This document shows, piece by piece, positions 9,583-19,464 of a stretch of DNA of 41,069 bases. Position 1 is the first letter of the stretch. Each line of letters starts with the position of its first letter. The notes beneath the pieces are model-generated. The model ran no database searches. It was not told the DNA's origin and was given only the letters and a program-made list of their open reading frames with translations. The stretch is from a virus (lineage: Duplodnaviria > Caudoviricetes), in the IMG/VR virus record IMGVR_UViG_3300043173_000170, positions 1 through 41,069 of that record; one strand, 5' to 3'. A program made the position numbers and the translations under genes.

Positions 9583-10739
9583 TGTAGTTCGAGTTTTCCG
9601 GTTTGAGGATTTACTTTATATCGTTTGACTGCTTTCTTTTCTTTCTTTGTTACGTCCCTTAATGTCATTCCTGAACGACTCTGCCATGTCCCTACAACAT
9701 CGTCATCAAATCCGGCAGCAAGGGTTAATTTGTGCTTATCTACAACGCCCCTGAATCTCTGCAAAGCATCAAGCAGTTGTTCATCTGTCTTAATAAGCCC
9801 CTGACCAAATTCCTCTTTCAATCGTTTCATTTCATGTGGCGTAACAGCTGCTCCTGACCTGTCCTTTAGCGTCATATTGAATAATGTTGCAACTCGTTGT
9901 CTTAGCATTCTGCCTTCTTCTGAGATAGCGAAGTCAGGAAGTTTCGCTGTTACGCCGAATCCTGGAATGTCTGCATTTGGATCATCTTTCGTTATTTCAT
10001 TAAGCATTGTCTCAACATCAGTTATTGTACTTTCTATATCAACAATGCCTGATTTCTCAATTTCTTTAGAAAAGGATTCTACTTTTTTGTCAAACTTCTG
10101 CTGCGGCCTGTCTCCTTTGCGAATAATATCGGTTTCGCCAATAGACGGTTTTCCAAACTTCCGCTTGTCAACAATCATCACATCGCCCGATGTTGGGTCA
10201 ACTTCAGTTGTTAATGTGCCATAACCAATCCCTTGTGCGATTTGGGGGTCAATGCCTTGAGCAATAAGCTCATTCATCTTCTTCTGTGCTGCACTTGCTT
10301 TTTCAACATCAGCCTTTCTACCTAAAAACTTATCAATAATAGCTTGGCTATAATCACCTTCCTCAGTTACGCCAAACTTATCCATAGTCGTCTGATACGG
10401 TGCTACACCTTGCTCATCAAGGCTTCTTGCCATAGACGTAAATGTTTCGTAGCTGCTAACACGCTCTAATTGAGATTTAGCGTAGTTAGACTTGAGTTCA
10501 GCAACCTTTAATTCCCTTGTCTGCTCTTCCTGTGCCAAGCCACCAAAACCTGCTTGTTGTAAGGCATTGTACTTCTGGAAGCCTGTAAGCCCTTGTGCAG
10601 AGATATCAGACAGTATGTTGCGTCCTTGTATGCCTCGTACGCCTTCTCTTAATTTAAGGGCGTTCATAGCGACCTGCTGACCTGATTGGACAGCCTGTGC
10701 ATAGTTAAATGGGCGGAAGTCTGGCATTATTATCCCCAA
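9579..10739 (-). CDS. DNA ejection protein (P22 gp20 position)
   Basis: Q/A-rich helical N-terminus, RSGAAVT motif, synteny. Confidence 0.7.
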   Translation of the reverse strand: MGIIMPDFRPFNYAQAVQSGQQVAMNALKLREGVRGIQGRNILSDISAQGLTGFQKYNALQQAGFGGLAQEEQTRELKVAELKSNYAKSQLERVSSYETFTSMARSLDEQGVAPYQTTMDKFGVTEEGDYSQAIIDKFLGRKADVEKASAAQKKMNELIAQGIDPQIAQGIGYGTLTTEVDPTSGDVMIVDKRKFGKPSIGETDIIRKGDRPQQKFDKKVESFSKEIEKSGIVDIESTITDVETMLNEITKDDPNADIPGFGVTAKLPDFAISEEGRMLRQRVATLFNMTLKDRSGAAVTPHEMKRLKEEFGQGLIKTDEQLLDALQRFRGVVDKHKLTLAAGFDDDVVGTWQSRSGMTLRDVTKKEKKAVKRYKVNPQTGKLELQ

Positions 10740-11395
10740 ACGCTCGGATCAGAACTTTGCCAACCTGGGGCATATCCACCGCCCCTATTGCCAAGCATAT
10801 TCATAATGTCCCGATTCTGAGTATAAGATATATAATTCTGTAATCCGCCCTGAACAGCCTGATTATAGGCTGAATATGGTGTAGCCGTACCTTGAGCGGC
10901 TAGAGTCTGCGGGATAATGTTTTGTGGGGTTTGAGTAGCAGGTGGGCCAAATCCAGCTACTTGACCCTGACGACCAAAGATATTCTGAAACTCCTGTGAA
11001 GCAGCGCCTTGTTGGTAATCTGCCATAGCTCTTAATCCACTACCGCCTAGCCGTCTGTTTTGAGCAGAAAGCATGTTTTGTACGCCTTCTGTCCCTTGTT
11101 GTAATCGAAACTGGTATCCAGGATCAGCCCTCATCAGTTCTTCAGCAGGCATACCACCTTCGAGCATTCGCGTCATGCCACCTAAAGCGCTAGCCCCTGC
11201 TGTCCGATATGGCTCTTGTGCGCCCCATTGAAGGTCGAATTGTCGTCTACTCTCTGCTGTAGACTGTCTTAATGCTTCTGCTTCTCTATCAGCGGAGCTT
11301 TTTCCAAACATTCCAGATAAAAGTGAACCGCCTACTATTGCTGCTGGAGCTATCCAAGGGTTTGTTGCTGCTGCCGCTGCTACTGGAGCTACCAT
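10730..11395 (-). CDS. DNA ejection protein (P22 gp7-like)
   Basis: G/A-rich N-terminus, QEPYRTAG, DPGYQFRLQQG motifs. Confidence 0.8.
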   Translation of the reverse strand: MVAPVAAAAATNPWIAPAAIVGGSLLSGMFGKSSADREAEALRQSTAESRRQFDLQWGAQEPYRTAGASALGGMTRMLEGGMPAEELMRADPGYQFRLQQGTEGVQNMLSAQNRRLGGSGLRAMADYQQGAASQEFQNIFGRQGQVAGFGPPATQTPQNIIPQTLAAQGTATPYSAYNQAVQGGLQNYISYTQNRDIMNMLGNRGGGYAPGWQSSDPSVWG

Positions 11396-11399
11396 AATA

Positions 11400-11780
11400 T
11401 TAACCTCTAAAACTCAAATTCAATTCAACACCATTCGTATTCCCTACCGTCGAATCTACCGTTCCATCTGTATCAATTGTTACAACACCAATTGCACCTG
11501 TTAACTTTGTTACCACAAACCGTAATTTCTCTGTCGGTCTATATCCTTTTGGTAAAGTAAACGCCGTTGTTCCATTCGTTCCTGAATCAGCAGCCCCTTT
11601 AATATGAACACGCTTATAAGGGTCAATATAATACTGTACAGCTGCTTCACCTGATATATTACTCCAACTATTCTCAAATGTAACGTCTTGATAATTCTGT
11701 ATTTCTGCTACTGTTCCTACAAATCTCTGCAACCAATCAACTAAATTATCCGATTCTCTATAGGTCTGAATGAGCTTCAT
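11400..11780 (-). CDS. Short tail needle/knob-like protein (gp26 position)
   Basis: VHIKG...AFTLPKGYRP receptor-head motif; lies between the hub and gp7-like genes. Confidence 0.55.
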   Translation of the reverse strand: MKLIQTYRESDNLVDWLQRFVGTVAEIQNYQDVTFENSWSNISGEAAVQYYIDPYKRVHIKGAADSGTNGTTAFTLPKGYRPTEKLRFVVTKLTGAIGVVTIDTDGTVDSTVGNTNGVELNLSFRG

Positions 11781-13297
11781 CAGTAAGCCCCAAGTGAAAT
11801 ATCAGCATAACAGGTCAACCATGCGGTAAAATAAGAATCCGTTGTTCTGAACTCAAATATTCGCTCATAAGACTCACCTAGCTGATACCAGACAGCTTTA
11901 TATTTATAATTACCTATATTTCCTATTTGAGCGACTAATTCTGAACTCCACGTCTTTCCACCATCATCAGAATAACGCATCATAATCGCTGGATTATTAT
12001 CAACACTTCTTTCCTGTGTCTGCCATTCCATGTAGTCATCTAATGTCCACTCCATAACTTCATCTTCAGTCCATTCTACAAAGTCTGGTTCTGGATTTAA
12101 GTCCGAACCACCAACACCACCTTCTAAATCTAAAATCAATTCATGAAATGTCATTGGGCGATAATCTTTGTGAATAGGCGCGGTTATTCTTTTACATTCA
12201 AGCCAATCATCACCATCTGTATAGGTTTCTAAGTCTAGTGTATAGAACTGCCCACCTAATATATCACCAACATAATGCTTGTTATTAAAATAACCGTGTC
12301 CGTTAGGTCGCCACCTTCCTAAATCTTTTGTTCCTCGAGTAGCCCAAAGACCTGTTGTTATATCAAACGTAAACGTCTTTTTAGACTGAGGAAAAGTTAA
12401 TACATAAAAATGATGGCTTCTCTGCATGTAGCAGAAGCCAAAAGCATCAGAGGTTGTACCTAACTTATTGATTTCATCAGCAATTTCTGGCGTAGAGATA
12501 ACTTCAACCCTAGCCCCCATTGTTTTGCAAACTGCTATTCCGCCTTCTCTTATCTGCCCTAAGTAGAAAACAGCATTATCACCTTCTGCCAAACTCCATT
12601 CAGCATGAACCCCCCAACTAGAAACACCGCCTTGCGCTCTCCTGAAAGGGAATACGGGATCACCGGCGTTATAATGCGCCTCAGTCGAATACTCACCAAA
12701 TAGGTAGAGAAAGTCATCAGAAGCATGGATTGTTTTTAATAAGTCAGGACGGCCTTCCGCGTTCTCAAAGTCTAATCCTTCCCATGAAGTCGGGTCTTCA
12801 GCAGCAGAGACATAATAATCTCCTGTATCTTTAGCAACAACACAGAAAAATCCATCTTTATATGTTACATGATTGACTTCTAATGGTGGTGTTTGCTCTG
12901 CCGGGAAATCAACATCAGTTATCGCAGAAAGTGTCGTTCCATCATAGGCATATCCATTCTGCCCATCAACCAACATCAAATAAGTCTGTCCCTCAATAAT
13001 AGAAACACGACCACTGGTTGAATTTATTGTGCCAACCTCAGTAATGGCTTCATTTGAATCAATGGATTTTAATTTAGAGCCAACAACAAAGAATATCTTA
13101 CCGTCGAATAACGCTCCATTTGACCGTTGCAATCCACCCAAATCAACTGAGGTTTTAAGTCCTGGGCAACGATACAGAGGAACAGGAACTTTCCCATCCT
13201 TAGTGACTTCGGCATACAGGTTTAAAGTAATCTGGTTACTTTCTATTGTACTTCTTGCTATACCGTGATTTCCCGCTAACGGGATTGGAAGCCTCAC
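11780..13297 (-). CDS. Tail hub / packaged-DNA stabilization protein (P22 gp10-like)
   Basis: NLYAE...PGL start, AEGRPD, FYVLTFP, MRYSDDGGKTWS, VWYQLG motifs. Confidence 0.9.
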   Translation of the reverse strand: MRLPIPLAGNHGIARSTIESNQITLNLYAEVTKDGKVPVPLYRCPGLKTSVDLGGLQRSNGALFDGKIFFVVGSKLKSIDSNEAITEVGTINSTSGRVSIIEGQTYLMLVDGQNGYAYDGTTLSAITDVDFPAEQTPPLEVNHVTYKDGFFCVVAKDTGDYYVSAAEDPTSWEGLDFENAEGRPDLLKTIHASDDFLYLFGEYSTEAHYNAGDPVFPFRRAQGGVSSWGVHAEWSLAEGDNAVFYLGQIREGGIAVCKTMGARVEVISTPEIADEINKLGTTSDAFGFCYMQRSHHFYVLTFPQSKKTFTFDITTGLWATRGTKDLGRWRPNGHGYFNNKHYVGDILGGQFYTLDLETYTDGDDWLECKRITAPIHKDYRPMTFHELILDLEGGVGGSDLNPEPDFVEWTEDEVMEWTLDDYMEWQTQERSVDNNPAIMMRYSDDGGKTWSSELVAQIGNIGNYKYKAVWYQLGESYERIFEFRTTDSYFTAWLTCYADISLGAY

Positions 13298-14634
13298 GCT
13301 ATTGCTATATTTGCTGAGTCACTTTCAACAAGAAGGTCTCTCAACTTTCCGGCAGTCGTAACATCAATATGGTGCTGCACAGTGATTAGATCGCCAACAG
13401 CTACGGTTATATCAACTGTTCGAGCTGAATAGCCTGTAGCTGCTGTACTCCAGCTATCTTCTTCACTACCGTTTTTAAGGACACGAACATAAGAATCATG
13501 GTTTGTTTCCCCTGCTGCATGTTCAAGTGATACTTTAATTACACCAGCAACCAATACCGTACCAATAACAAAAGTAGTATTTGGAATGTAATGATATGTG
13601 TCAGCAGCATCATAACTTGTCTGTGTTGTTGTTGCTGGTGTTGTAGCACCTAAGCACCTTTTTATTACTGTAGAACCTGTTGCGGGAGCAACGTGCATGG
13701 CAGAGGTTACAGTATCAGATGAGATTGTTGTCGCATTACCTACAGAAGTAACATCACCAGTTAAATTAGCATTCGTAGTAACTGTAGCTGCGTTACCAGT
13801 AATATCCCCTGTTACATTACCAACAACATCACCAATAACATCAGATATTAACTTGCGATTAACTTTAATGTAATCAAAGTGAGTCGTCGTTCCAGCGGTT
13901 TTAGTTCCTGTAGCCTCTATTCCAGTAATAACAATCTTAGCTCTTACGGCTGTAGCGTCTATTGTTACTGCGCCGGACTTAGTGTCATAACTTGTAGGAT
14001 TCGATGATGCCTCTGTGTAAGCCTCTAACTGAGATACTAGACCATCATCCTTATCATAGGTATAAACGTGTACAAAAGTCTTTACAGTGGCACTAGAAGC
14101 CTTATAGGTGAATTCTACGGTAACGACTTCATCTTTGAGTACGTCGAATAGCTCTCCAGTAGCTAATCCACCACCATTACCCCCTGACAGAAACTTTAAT
14201 GAGTTCTTGCCATGTGCTGAATCGGTCGTATCTATAGCAATAGTCGCATCAGTTAATCGGGTTAAAGTCCAGCCATCAGGTGTACCGTCAGCGTTTGAAT
14301 CTACTTCAAAACTACCGTTTGGGGGAACGACACCCGTTTCCACAATATCTGATGCTGTTTCTGCATTCAAGTTATCAATCACTAAACCAATAGTTACACC
14401 AACACTATTAGTGACTTTGTATTTATATTCACCATCTAACCAAATAGGATTAGTAGGGCGACCATCAGCATCTAAAATAACAGGATTGGCTTGAGCCGTT
14501 CCTAGTGATTTTGATGTGTAAGTATCTTTTAAAGTGGTTGTTCCAGCTTCATAGAAATATAACTTGCCACCGGCTAATGAAACACCATCATCATCAGGCC
14601 ACTGTTGAACATCATTAAATAGTCTTATAGTCAT
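13294..14634 (-). CDS. Tail fibre with head-binding-like N-terminus and carbohydrate-binding-like domain
   Basis: LAGGKLYFYEAGTTT...NPVILDADGR; NGSFE...PDGW; GNVTGDITGNA repeats. Confidence 0.75.
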   Translation of the reverse strand: MTIRLFNDVQQWPDDDGVSLAGGKLYFYEAGTTTLKDTYTSKSLGTAQANPVILDADGRPTNPIWLDGEYKYKVTNSVGVTIGLVIDNLNAETASDIVETGVVPPNGSFEVDSNADGTPDGWTLTRLTDATIAIDTTDSAHGKNSLKFLSGGNGGGLATGELFDVLKDEVVTVEFTYKASSATVKTFVHVYTYDKDDGLVSQLEAYTEASSNPTSYDTKSGAVTIDATAVRAKIVITGIEATGTKTAGTTTHFDYIKVNRKLISDVIGDVVGNVTGDITGNAATVTTNANLTGDVTSVGNATTISSDTVTSAMHVAPATGSTVIKRCLGATTPATTTQTSYDAADTYHYIPNTTFVIGTVLVAGVIKVSLEHAAGETNHDSYVRVLKNGSEEDSWSTAATGYSARTVDITVAVGDLITVQHHIDVTTAGKLRDLLVESDSANIAIA

Positions 14635-15338
14635 TAGTTATATCCATTAAGAATGTTGCCTTTTCTGCCTTTTAGTAATCCTTGGTCTATCACAAGAGTA
14701 TCCTGGCGGTTAGCCTTGTTTAATCGCTTAACATTCGCTTTAGATTCAACAGCAGAAAGCGCCAGTGTCGGGGAAACGCTTTGACCATAGTCAGAAGCGG
14801 TTTCTACCGCTAGATTAGTCCGCAAAAAGCGGTCGTATTCAGCAGGAAGCTCAATTGTTGTATCTAAGTCAACAAGTGAAGTAATTTCCTTTAAAGACGT
14901 TAAATGCAGTGTTAAATCAGTTCTTGGCTGATAATCGAAATGAAGCGTACCTAAAGGATAAGTTGGCTCATAATATAAACGGTCAGGATAGGTTGATATA
15001 TCTTTATAGCGAATATCATTAAATTCCTGCAACGTCATAAAACGCAGAGGATAATCTGAACCACTTGTATCTCGATGAAATGCTGAAAATAACTGAATCG
15101 GCCTGATTGTATTTAGATCACCTCCTGAGCCGATTGTATATGAGGTTTTTGAGACTGAATAAGTAAGTTCTTCAGTTGTACGAAAAGGGATGATTAGTCC
15201 CTCTCCCTTCCACGAAGCTAAAAGACCATTTAATAGTTCAAGCCCATCAGCAGCCTGTTCAGCAGTCATTTCTCGACCACGACCAATCTTACCAATCGAA
15301 CGTAGACTACCTTTTATAATAGATCGAGCGTTGGACAT
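14634..15338 (-). CDS. Head-tail adaptor (P22 gp4-like)
   Basis: ARSIIKGSLRSIG...DGLELLNGLLASW, LPAEY...NLAVE motifs; synteny. Confidence 0.85.
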   Translation of the reverse strand: MSNARSIIKGSLRSIGKIGRGREMTAEQAADGLELLNGLLASWKGEGLIIPFRTTEELTYSVSKTSYTIGSGGDLNTIRPIQLFSAFHRDTSGSDYPLRFMTLQEFNDIRYKDISTYPDRLYYEPTYPLGTLHFDYQPRTDLTLHLTSLKEITSLVDLDTTIELPAEYDRFLRTNLAVETASDYGQSVSPTLALSAVESKANVKRLNKANRQDTLVIDQGLLKGRKGNILNGYN

Positions 15339-15499
15339 TACTCAGTCTCAAGGGGGGCTATTGTTTTCTTTTTAACTACTTTCTTTTTAGACATAGCTTT
15401 AGGTTTTGACTGTTCTGGTTCTTTATCAGTCCAACCAGCAGGGCATACATTTTCCTGAAATACCATCTTTTTGCCATCTTTATAACAAGTTATTGACAT
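15338..15499 (-). CDS. Small basic protein (53 aa), not in ORF track
   Basis: MSITCYKDGKK...PAGWTDKEP...APLETE*; AGGA RBS; TAATG overlap with the adaptor gene. Confidence 0.65.
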   Translation of the reverse strand: MSITCYKDGKKMVFQENVCPAGWTDKEPEQSKPKAMSKKKVVKKKTIAPLETE

Positions 15500-15526
15500 T
15501 ATCTTATTCCTAATAAATATTAATAA

Positions 15527-16132
15527 TTAACTATATAGCTTTCTACCTATATGTCCTGTTTTGGCATCCTTTAGGACTGATATATCAAATCCGCTTTCTA
15601 TTGCTCTACGGCAAAATGTTGTATCTTCACCCCAATACTTTCCGTCATAATTTAAAAAATCAAACAGACTAAAGGCGATCTCACCATTATCAGTTACATA
15701 TCTGGTATCTGGATTGTCTTGTTGCATCGTTTCTATTGCTTTCCTTGAAATCAACATACAACCTGCACCAACTGATACGGCTTGTAACCATCCTTCTTTC
15801 TCGTTTCCAGTTAAAGTCCCTGTATATTCAATTTTGTCGTTTTTCTTTCTGTAATTTAACGCACAAATATCATGCGTTGAATTTATTAATTTGAATACAT
15901 CAACAGCATTAAAGACAATATCGTTATCGAGAAATAATAACTTATCAAATCCGCTTGACATAAACTGCATTACAATTTCATTTCTTGCTTTTGGCAAGAT
16001 GCTGCATCCTGTGTGCATGTTGCACTCAACATCATAATCTGCAATGTGAAGCGCAAGCCTTAGTTTTATAAGGGAGCTGACAAATTCTGCATCAGCTCCC
16101 CCATAAAAAGGTACACCAATATAAAGTCTCAA
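15527..16132 (-). CDS. GT-A fold glycosyltransferase (GT2-like)
   Basis: IGVP, ARNEIV, LLFLDND (DxD), GAGCMLISR, GEDTTFC, GHIG. Confidence 0.88.
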   Translation of the reverse strand: MRLYIGVPFYGGADAEFVSSLIKLRLALHIADYDVECNMHTGCSILPKARNEIVMQFMSSGFDKLLFLDNDIVFNAVDVFKLINSTHDICALNYRKKNDKIEYTGTLTGNEKEGWLQAVSVGAGCMLISRKAIETMQQDNPDTRYVTDNGEIAFSLFDFLNYDGKYWGEDTTFCRRAIESGFDISVLKDAKTGHIGRKLYS

Positions 16133-16332
16133 GAAGCGATAAGTCCAAGAGCAACTAATTGCACCCTAAGATCAGCTAACTCAAGAATTATAGTAGCGGT
16201 ATCTGTTCCAACCGTCACGACAGGTGCAGGTTGTACAACAGGAGTCGTACCATAAAAGCCAACTTTTTCAGTAGCTGATTTAGTGAGACATGTGCCGTTT
16301 GTATTACCATTTCCTAGATATTCAATACCCAT
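16129..16332 (-). CDS. Small head fibre/decoration protein
   Basis: KVGFYGTTPVVQP and C-terminal LxxLGLI helix; follows the coat gene. Confidence 0.65.
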   Translation of the reverse strand: MGIEYLGNGNTNGTCLTKSATEKVGFYGTTPVVQPAPVVTVGTDTATIILELADLRVQLVALGLIAS

Positions 16333-16361
16333 AATGTTTCTCCAAATAAATTAAAATTGCT

Positions 16362-16676
16362 TTATGGTTCAACTGAATTCCGTGAGGAATCGGGTCTAAA
16401 CCAAAGTAATGTATAAGTTTCTGATGTGGGATTTACACCACCTCCTGTAGGATTAACCCATGTAACAGATAGCGTATTTGCTGCTGTTACACGTGCGTCT
16501 GTAAGGCCAACACCATCAGTATGTGTGGGTTTATTCACGATTACAAAGTCTCCCACCCTCAAGCCACTAACTATTACGGTATCTTCATCCGTATCAACAG
16601 TAGCCTGATTGGCAGGATCGTATGTAAAAGTAACGATACCCATCTCGGCAATATTGCCTGTAAGTATATTACTCAT
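16362..16676 (-). CDS. Capsid decoration protein
   Basis: VSGLRVGDFV...ARVTAANTLSV...NPT; immediately after the coat gene. Confidence 0.65.
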   Translation of the reverse strand: MSNILTGNIAEMGIVTFTYDPANQATVDTDEDTVIVSGLRVGDFVIVNKPTHTDGVGLTDARVTAANTLSVTWVNPTGGGVNPTSETYTLLWFRPDSSRNSVEP

Positions 16677-16679
16677 GAT

Positions 16680-17879
16680 TTAACCCCAAACTCGGCAAGC
16701 AAGTTCGCCGTATAGAGTTTTCCAACCGTACAATACGTCGATTCGACAAGGCATTGCATCGTTGTTGATGTCGTAATCACGAACAATACGCATACTGATT
16801 CCTTCATGCACCTGACGAGAAGCAAAGTCCACACCATTAGGCATAATCAGATCAGCAGTACCGAGGGTGAAAGCATCACGATGATAAGCCAAGTTCTGCG
16901 GATAGGCTGTAGAGGCTGTACCAACTTCAGTAATAACAGCGTTATCAAGAGCCAAAGCATCAACTGTCTGGAATGCACCGCTTGCACGAATTGCAGGAGA
17001 TACCGCTATTTCAGTAGTGTTTGTATAGCTCACAACAGTGAACTGCTGCAACTTACCAGTAGACTGACGATTCTGAGGATTAACTGAGTTCACAGCAGCA
17101 ATAGTAAGTACATCACCTACTGCATAAGTACCACTACCTGTTTTAAGGGTAAGCGTAGTGCTAGTTGCTGTATCACCAGAAGCAGCATGATCGCCATCAA
17201 TGACATGCGCGCCATCATAAGAGCCAGTAGTATGGACGTTGACATTCTGATCCATATAGATTTCCTTATAACCCAAAGTATCCATGCCCATCATACCTTT
17301 GCGATATTGAGCATCTAACTTACCGCTAGACTGAAACAGTCCTTTAAGACCATCAACCATTGCTGAGTTAGCCGCTGGATTTAAAGCAATACAACGCTCT
17401 CCGTCTCTAGGAGTGGCCTGATCGTCCATATATTCATTAGCATCCAGAAGAACAGCAGCAGTTGCTGGAGTTGTGCCAGGTGTGCCAACTGAACTAAACA
17501 CATCTTTGTATAAAGCAAGGCCATCAAGGTCAATCTTATTGGCAATCGTTGCCATTGCTGGTTTTAGAATACGACTTGAGAAATCGTCAATATCCATTGT
17601 CAGCTCTTTAGAGGTGAAGTTAACATCAACACCAATCTGATTATCCAAAGCCAAATCAACTTTAGTTTCAGTGTGATCCTGAACATCAAGAGTAGCGCCG
17701 GTACGAATAATGTAACGCGCTGGTTTGCGAATACGAAGGGTATCACCAATCTTTGCGCCATCATTAGCGAAAGAGGCATCATATTCTTTATTGGTATTTC
17801 GGGCAAAGCCGAGGTTGTTGACCAAAATACGCAAACCTTCTCGCGTAATCTGGTCAATGGTTAAGTTTGTGTTACTCAT
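16680..17879 (-). CDS. Major capsid protein (P22 coat family)
   Basis: MSNTNLTIDQITREGLRIL, KIGDTLRIRKP, NLAYHRDAF, CRIDVLYG. Confidence 0.95.
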   Translation of the reverse strand: MSNTNLTIDQITREGLRILVNNLGFARNTNKEYDASFANDGAKIGDTLRIRKPARYIIRTGATLDVQDHTETKVDLALDNQIGVDVNFTSKELTMDIDDFSSRILKPAMATIANKIDLDGLALYKDVFSSVGTPGTTPATAAVLLDANEYMDDQATPRDGERCIALNPAANSAMVDGLKGLFQSSGKLDAQYRKGMMGMDTLGYKEIYMDQNVNVHTTGSYDGAHVIDGDHAASGDTATSTTLTLKTGSGTYAVGDVLTIAAVNSVNPQNRQSTGKLQQFTVVSYTNTTEIAVSPAIRASGAFQTVDALALDNAVITEVGTASTAYPQNLAYHRDAFTLGTADLIMPNGVDFASRQVHEGISMRIVRDYDINNDAMPCRIDVLYGWKTLYGELACRVWG

Positions 17880-17900
17880 AATAGTTCCTTCATCGGGAAA

Positions 17901-17923
17901 GGCTTTGTCATCACGACAATGCC
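17901..17923 (-). promoter_or_regulatory. Small hairpin in the scaffold-coat intergenic leader
   Basis: GGCATTGTC-GTGAT-GACAAAGCC stem-loop shortly upstream of the coat RBS. Confidence 0.4.
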
Positions 17924-17934
17924 ATTAAATTACC

Positions 17935-18660
17935 TTATCCGTATTGCTGTTTGTTCCGATAAGCTGCATATTCAGACATTGACATTTTATCAATATCAGT
18001 GGTTGCTGTGCTTGTCGTCTCAACCGGCTTAACGGGTTCAGGTGCTTTTGTTGTTCGAGGCTTAGGCATATTTACCTTAGCATCTATTTTTGCAAACTCT
18101 CTCGCCATACCAACATTGGACATTTGTTGTATGCGCTGTGCGTCTTGCGGGTTTTGTCCTAAGTAGTAAGCAATATCCGCAGCATTTTCAAATTCTTCCA
18201 GTACAGGCAACATTTCTGCTGAAGCCCACGCTTTCTGCTCAAAATCATCATACTTCGCACTTCCGGTTGCCGTTAAGTCATTGGCATAATCGTCATGCGG
18301 ATTATATGTTTCCTTTGGTTGCCCCTGACTGATTCCATGATCTACAGCCGCTTTAATATAGTCGTCGTAGTTATCATAGTTATCAGCAACAGGTGCTTTA
18401 GTTTCCGCTGCTTTGGTTTTGAGTTCCGCTAATTCAGCTTTTAACTGACGGTTCTCTTTCGATTGCTTACTCTGTTTTCGCCAGAGAGCATGTTGCTGGT
18501 TTTTCTGCTTTTCAGCTTCAATATCAGCCTCATCTTTTTCGACCTTGGTGGTCGCCTCTGTTTCTTGTGATTCAGTCGAGGTAACTGCTTCCGATGGAGG
18601 TGCGTTTTCAGTCGCCACTGTTTTAGTAGTTTCTATCTCTTCAGATACTTCGTCAACCAT
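17935..18660 (-). CDS. Scaffolding protein
   Basis: Acidic coiled coil, IAYYLGQNP, TKAPEPVKPV, MSMSEYAAYR C-terminus; directly upstream of coat. Confidence 0.88.
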   Translation of the reverse strand: MVDEVSEEIETTKTVATENAPPSEAVTSTESQETEATTKVEKDEADIEAEKQKNQQHALWRKQSKQSKENRQLKAELAELKTKAAETKAPVADNYDNYDDYIKAAVDHGISQGQPKETYNPHDDYANDLTATGSAKYDDFEQKAWASAEMLPVLEEFENAADIAYYLGQNPQDAQRIQQMSNVGMAREFAKIDAKVNMPKPRTTKAPEPVKPVETTSTATTDIDKMSMSEYAAYRNKQQYG

Positions 18661-18712
18661 TTGGTTCTCCGAGTAAGTTAATGATATTCCTATATTTAAT
18701 TATTTGCAAGTT

Positions 18713-18952
18713 TTACAATAATCCTTTCGTTAGTATGATATTCAAAAATTGAATAATATCAACATCTTCTGCTAATATTCTGTCTTTATGCAATTCAGCT
18801 ACAATTCCTTCCTTGTCTCTGACTAAATCCGCATAACTCTTATATTTATATTCATCACTACCACCACCTGTCCATGCACACCCATTATAACCATCAAACG
18901 TCCAACAGGTTTGGTCAAATGTTATCTGTGTTGAGTCCCATGTCCAACTCAT
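18713..18952 (-). CDS. Small putative virion protein with T(W/F)D repeats
   Basis: TWDSTQI-TFDQTCW-TFDG at the N-terminus. Confidence 0.55.
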   Translation of the reverse strand: MSWTWDSTQITFDQTCWTFDGYNGCAWTGGGSDEYKYKSYADLVRDKEGIVAELHKDRILAEDVDIIQFLNIILTKGLL

Positions 18953-19464
18953 TTAACCGTCCAGTATTTGATATAGAGTTTCGCCATCCCCCTGTCACCA
19001 CAACGTTCAGACTCATGTTCGGCTAGATTTGCTTTCATCCAGTTTCTTACACGTCTTTCAGATTTATCATCTGCCCAAAACTCAACAGCAATCCTTCCTT
19101 TTTTTACGAGTCTTGTTTTAGCTATTTCCAGTATAGCAATAGTGTTGTCAGCAGATGCTTCATCACCATACAGGGTGTCAATATAAATAAAACTGTACTT
19201 TCTGCTTCCGGGTTGTGTAATAAAGTTCTGCTCTAGTATTTTATGTCTAGTATCCAGCGCCTTCTGTGCTTTGTAATGAGCAACTGCTATTGGATTGATC
19301 TCGAAGGAGTCTACTGCTTTACACTTTGCATTGGATAATATACTGTTTGCTGCATGACCTTCACCTAATCCAACCTCAGCAACAGTCCCTTCAACCGCCG
19401 AACATCGCCCAACATGCTTATAGAAAGGCTTCATATCAATTATGTGGTCTGGCGTGTTACTCAT
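18949..19464 (-). CDS. Class I SAM-dependent methyltransferase
   Basis: VAEVGLGEG motif I, FEIN acidic end of strand 2, YSFIYID motif. Confidence 0.8.
   Translation of the reverse strand: MSNTPDHIIDMKPFYKHVGRCSAVEGTVAEVGLGEGHAANSILSNAKCKAVDSFEINPIAVAHYKAQKALDTRHKILEQNFITQPGSRKYSFIYIDTLYGDEASADNTIAILEIAKTRLVKKGRIAVEFWADDKSERRVRNWMKANLAEHESERCGDRGMAKLYIKYWTVK

Noticed and set aside
16362-17879. Stop-codon readthrough fusing coat to decoration protein (same frame, TAA ATC ATG)
   Set aside because: TAA is rarely leaky, being in frame has a one-in-three chance, and the downstream gene has its own start.
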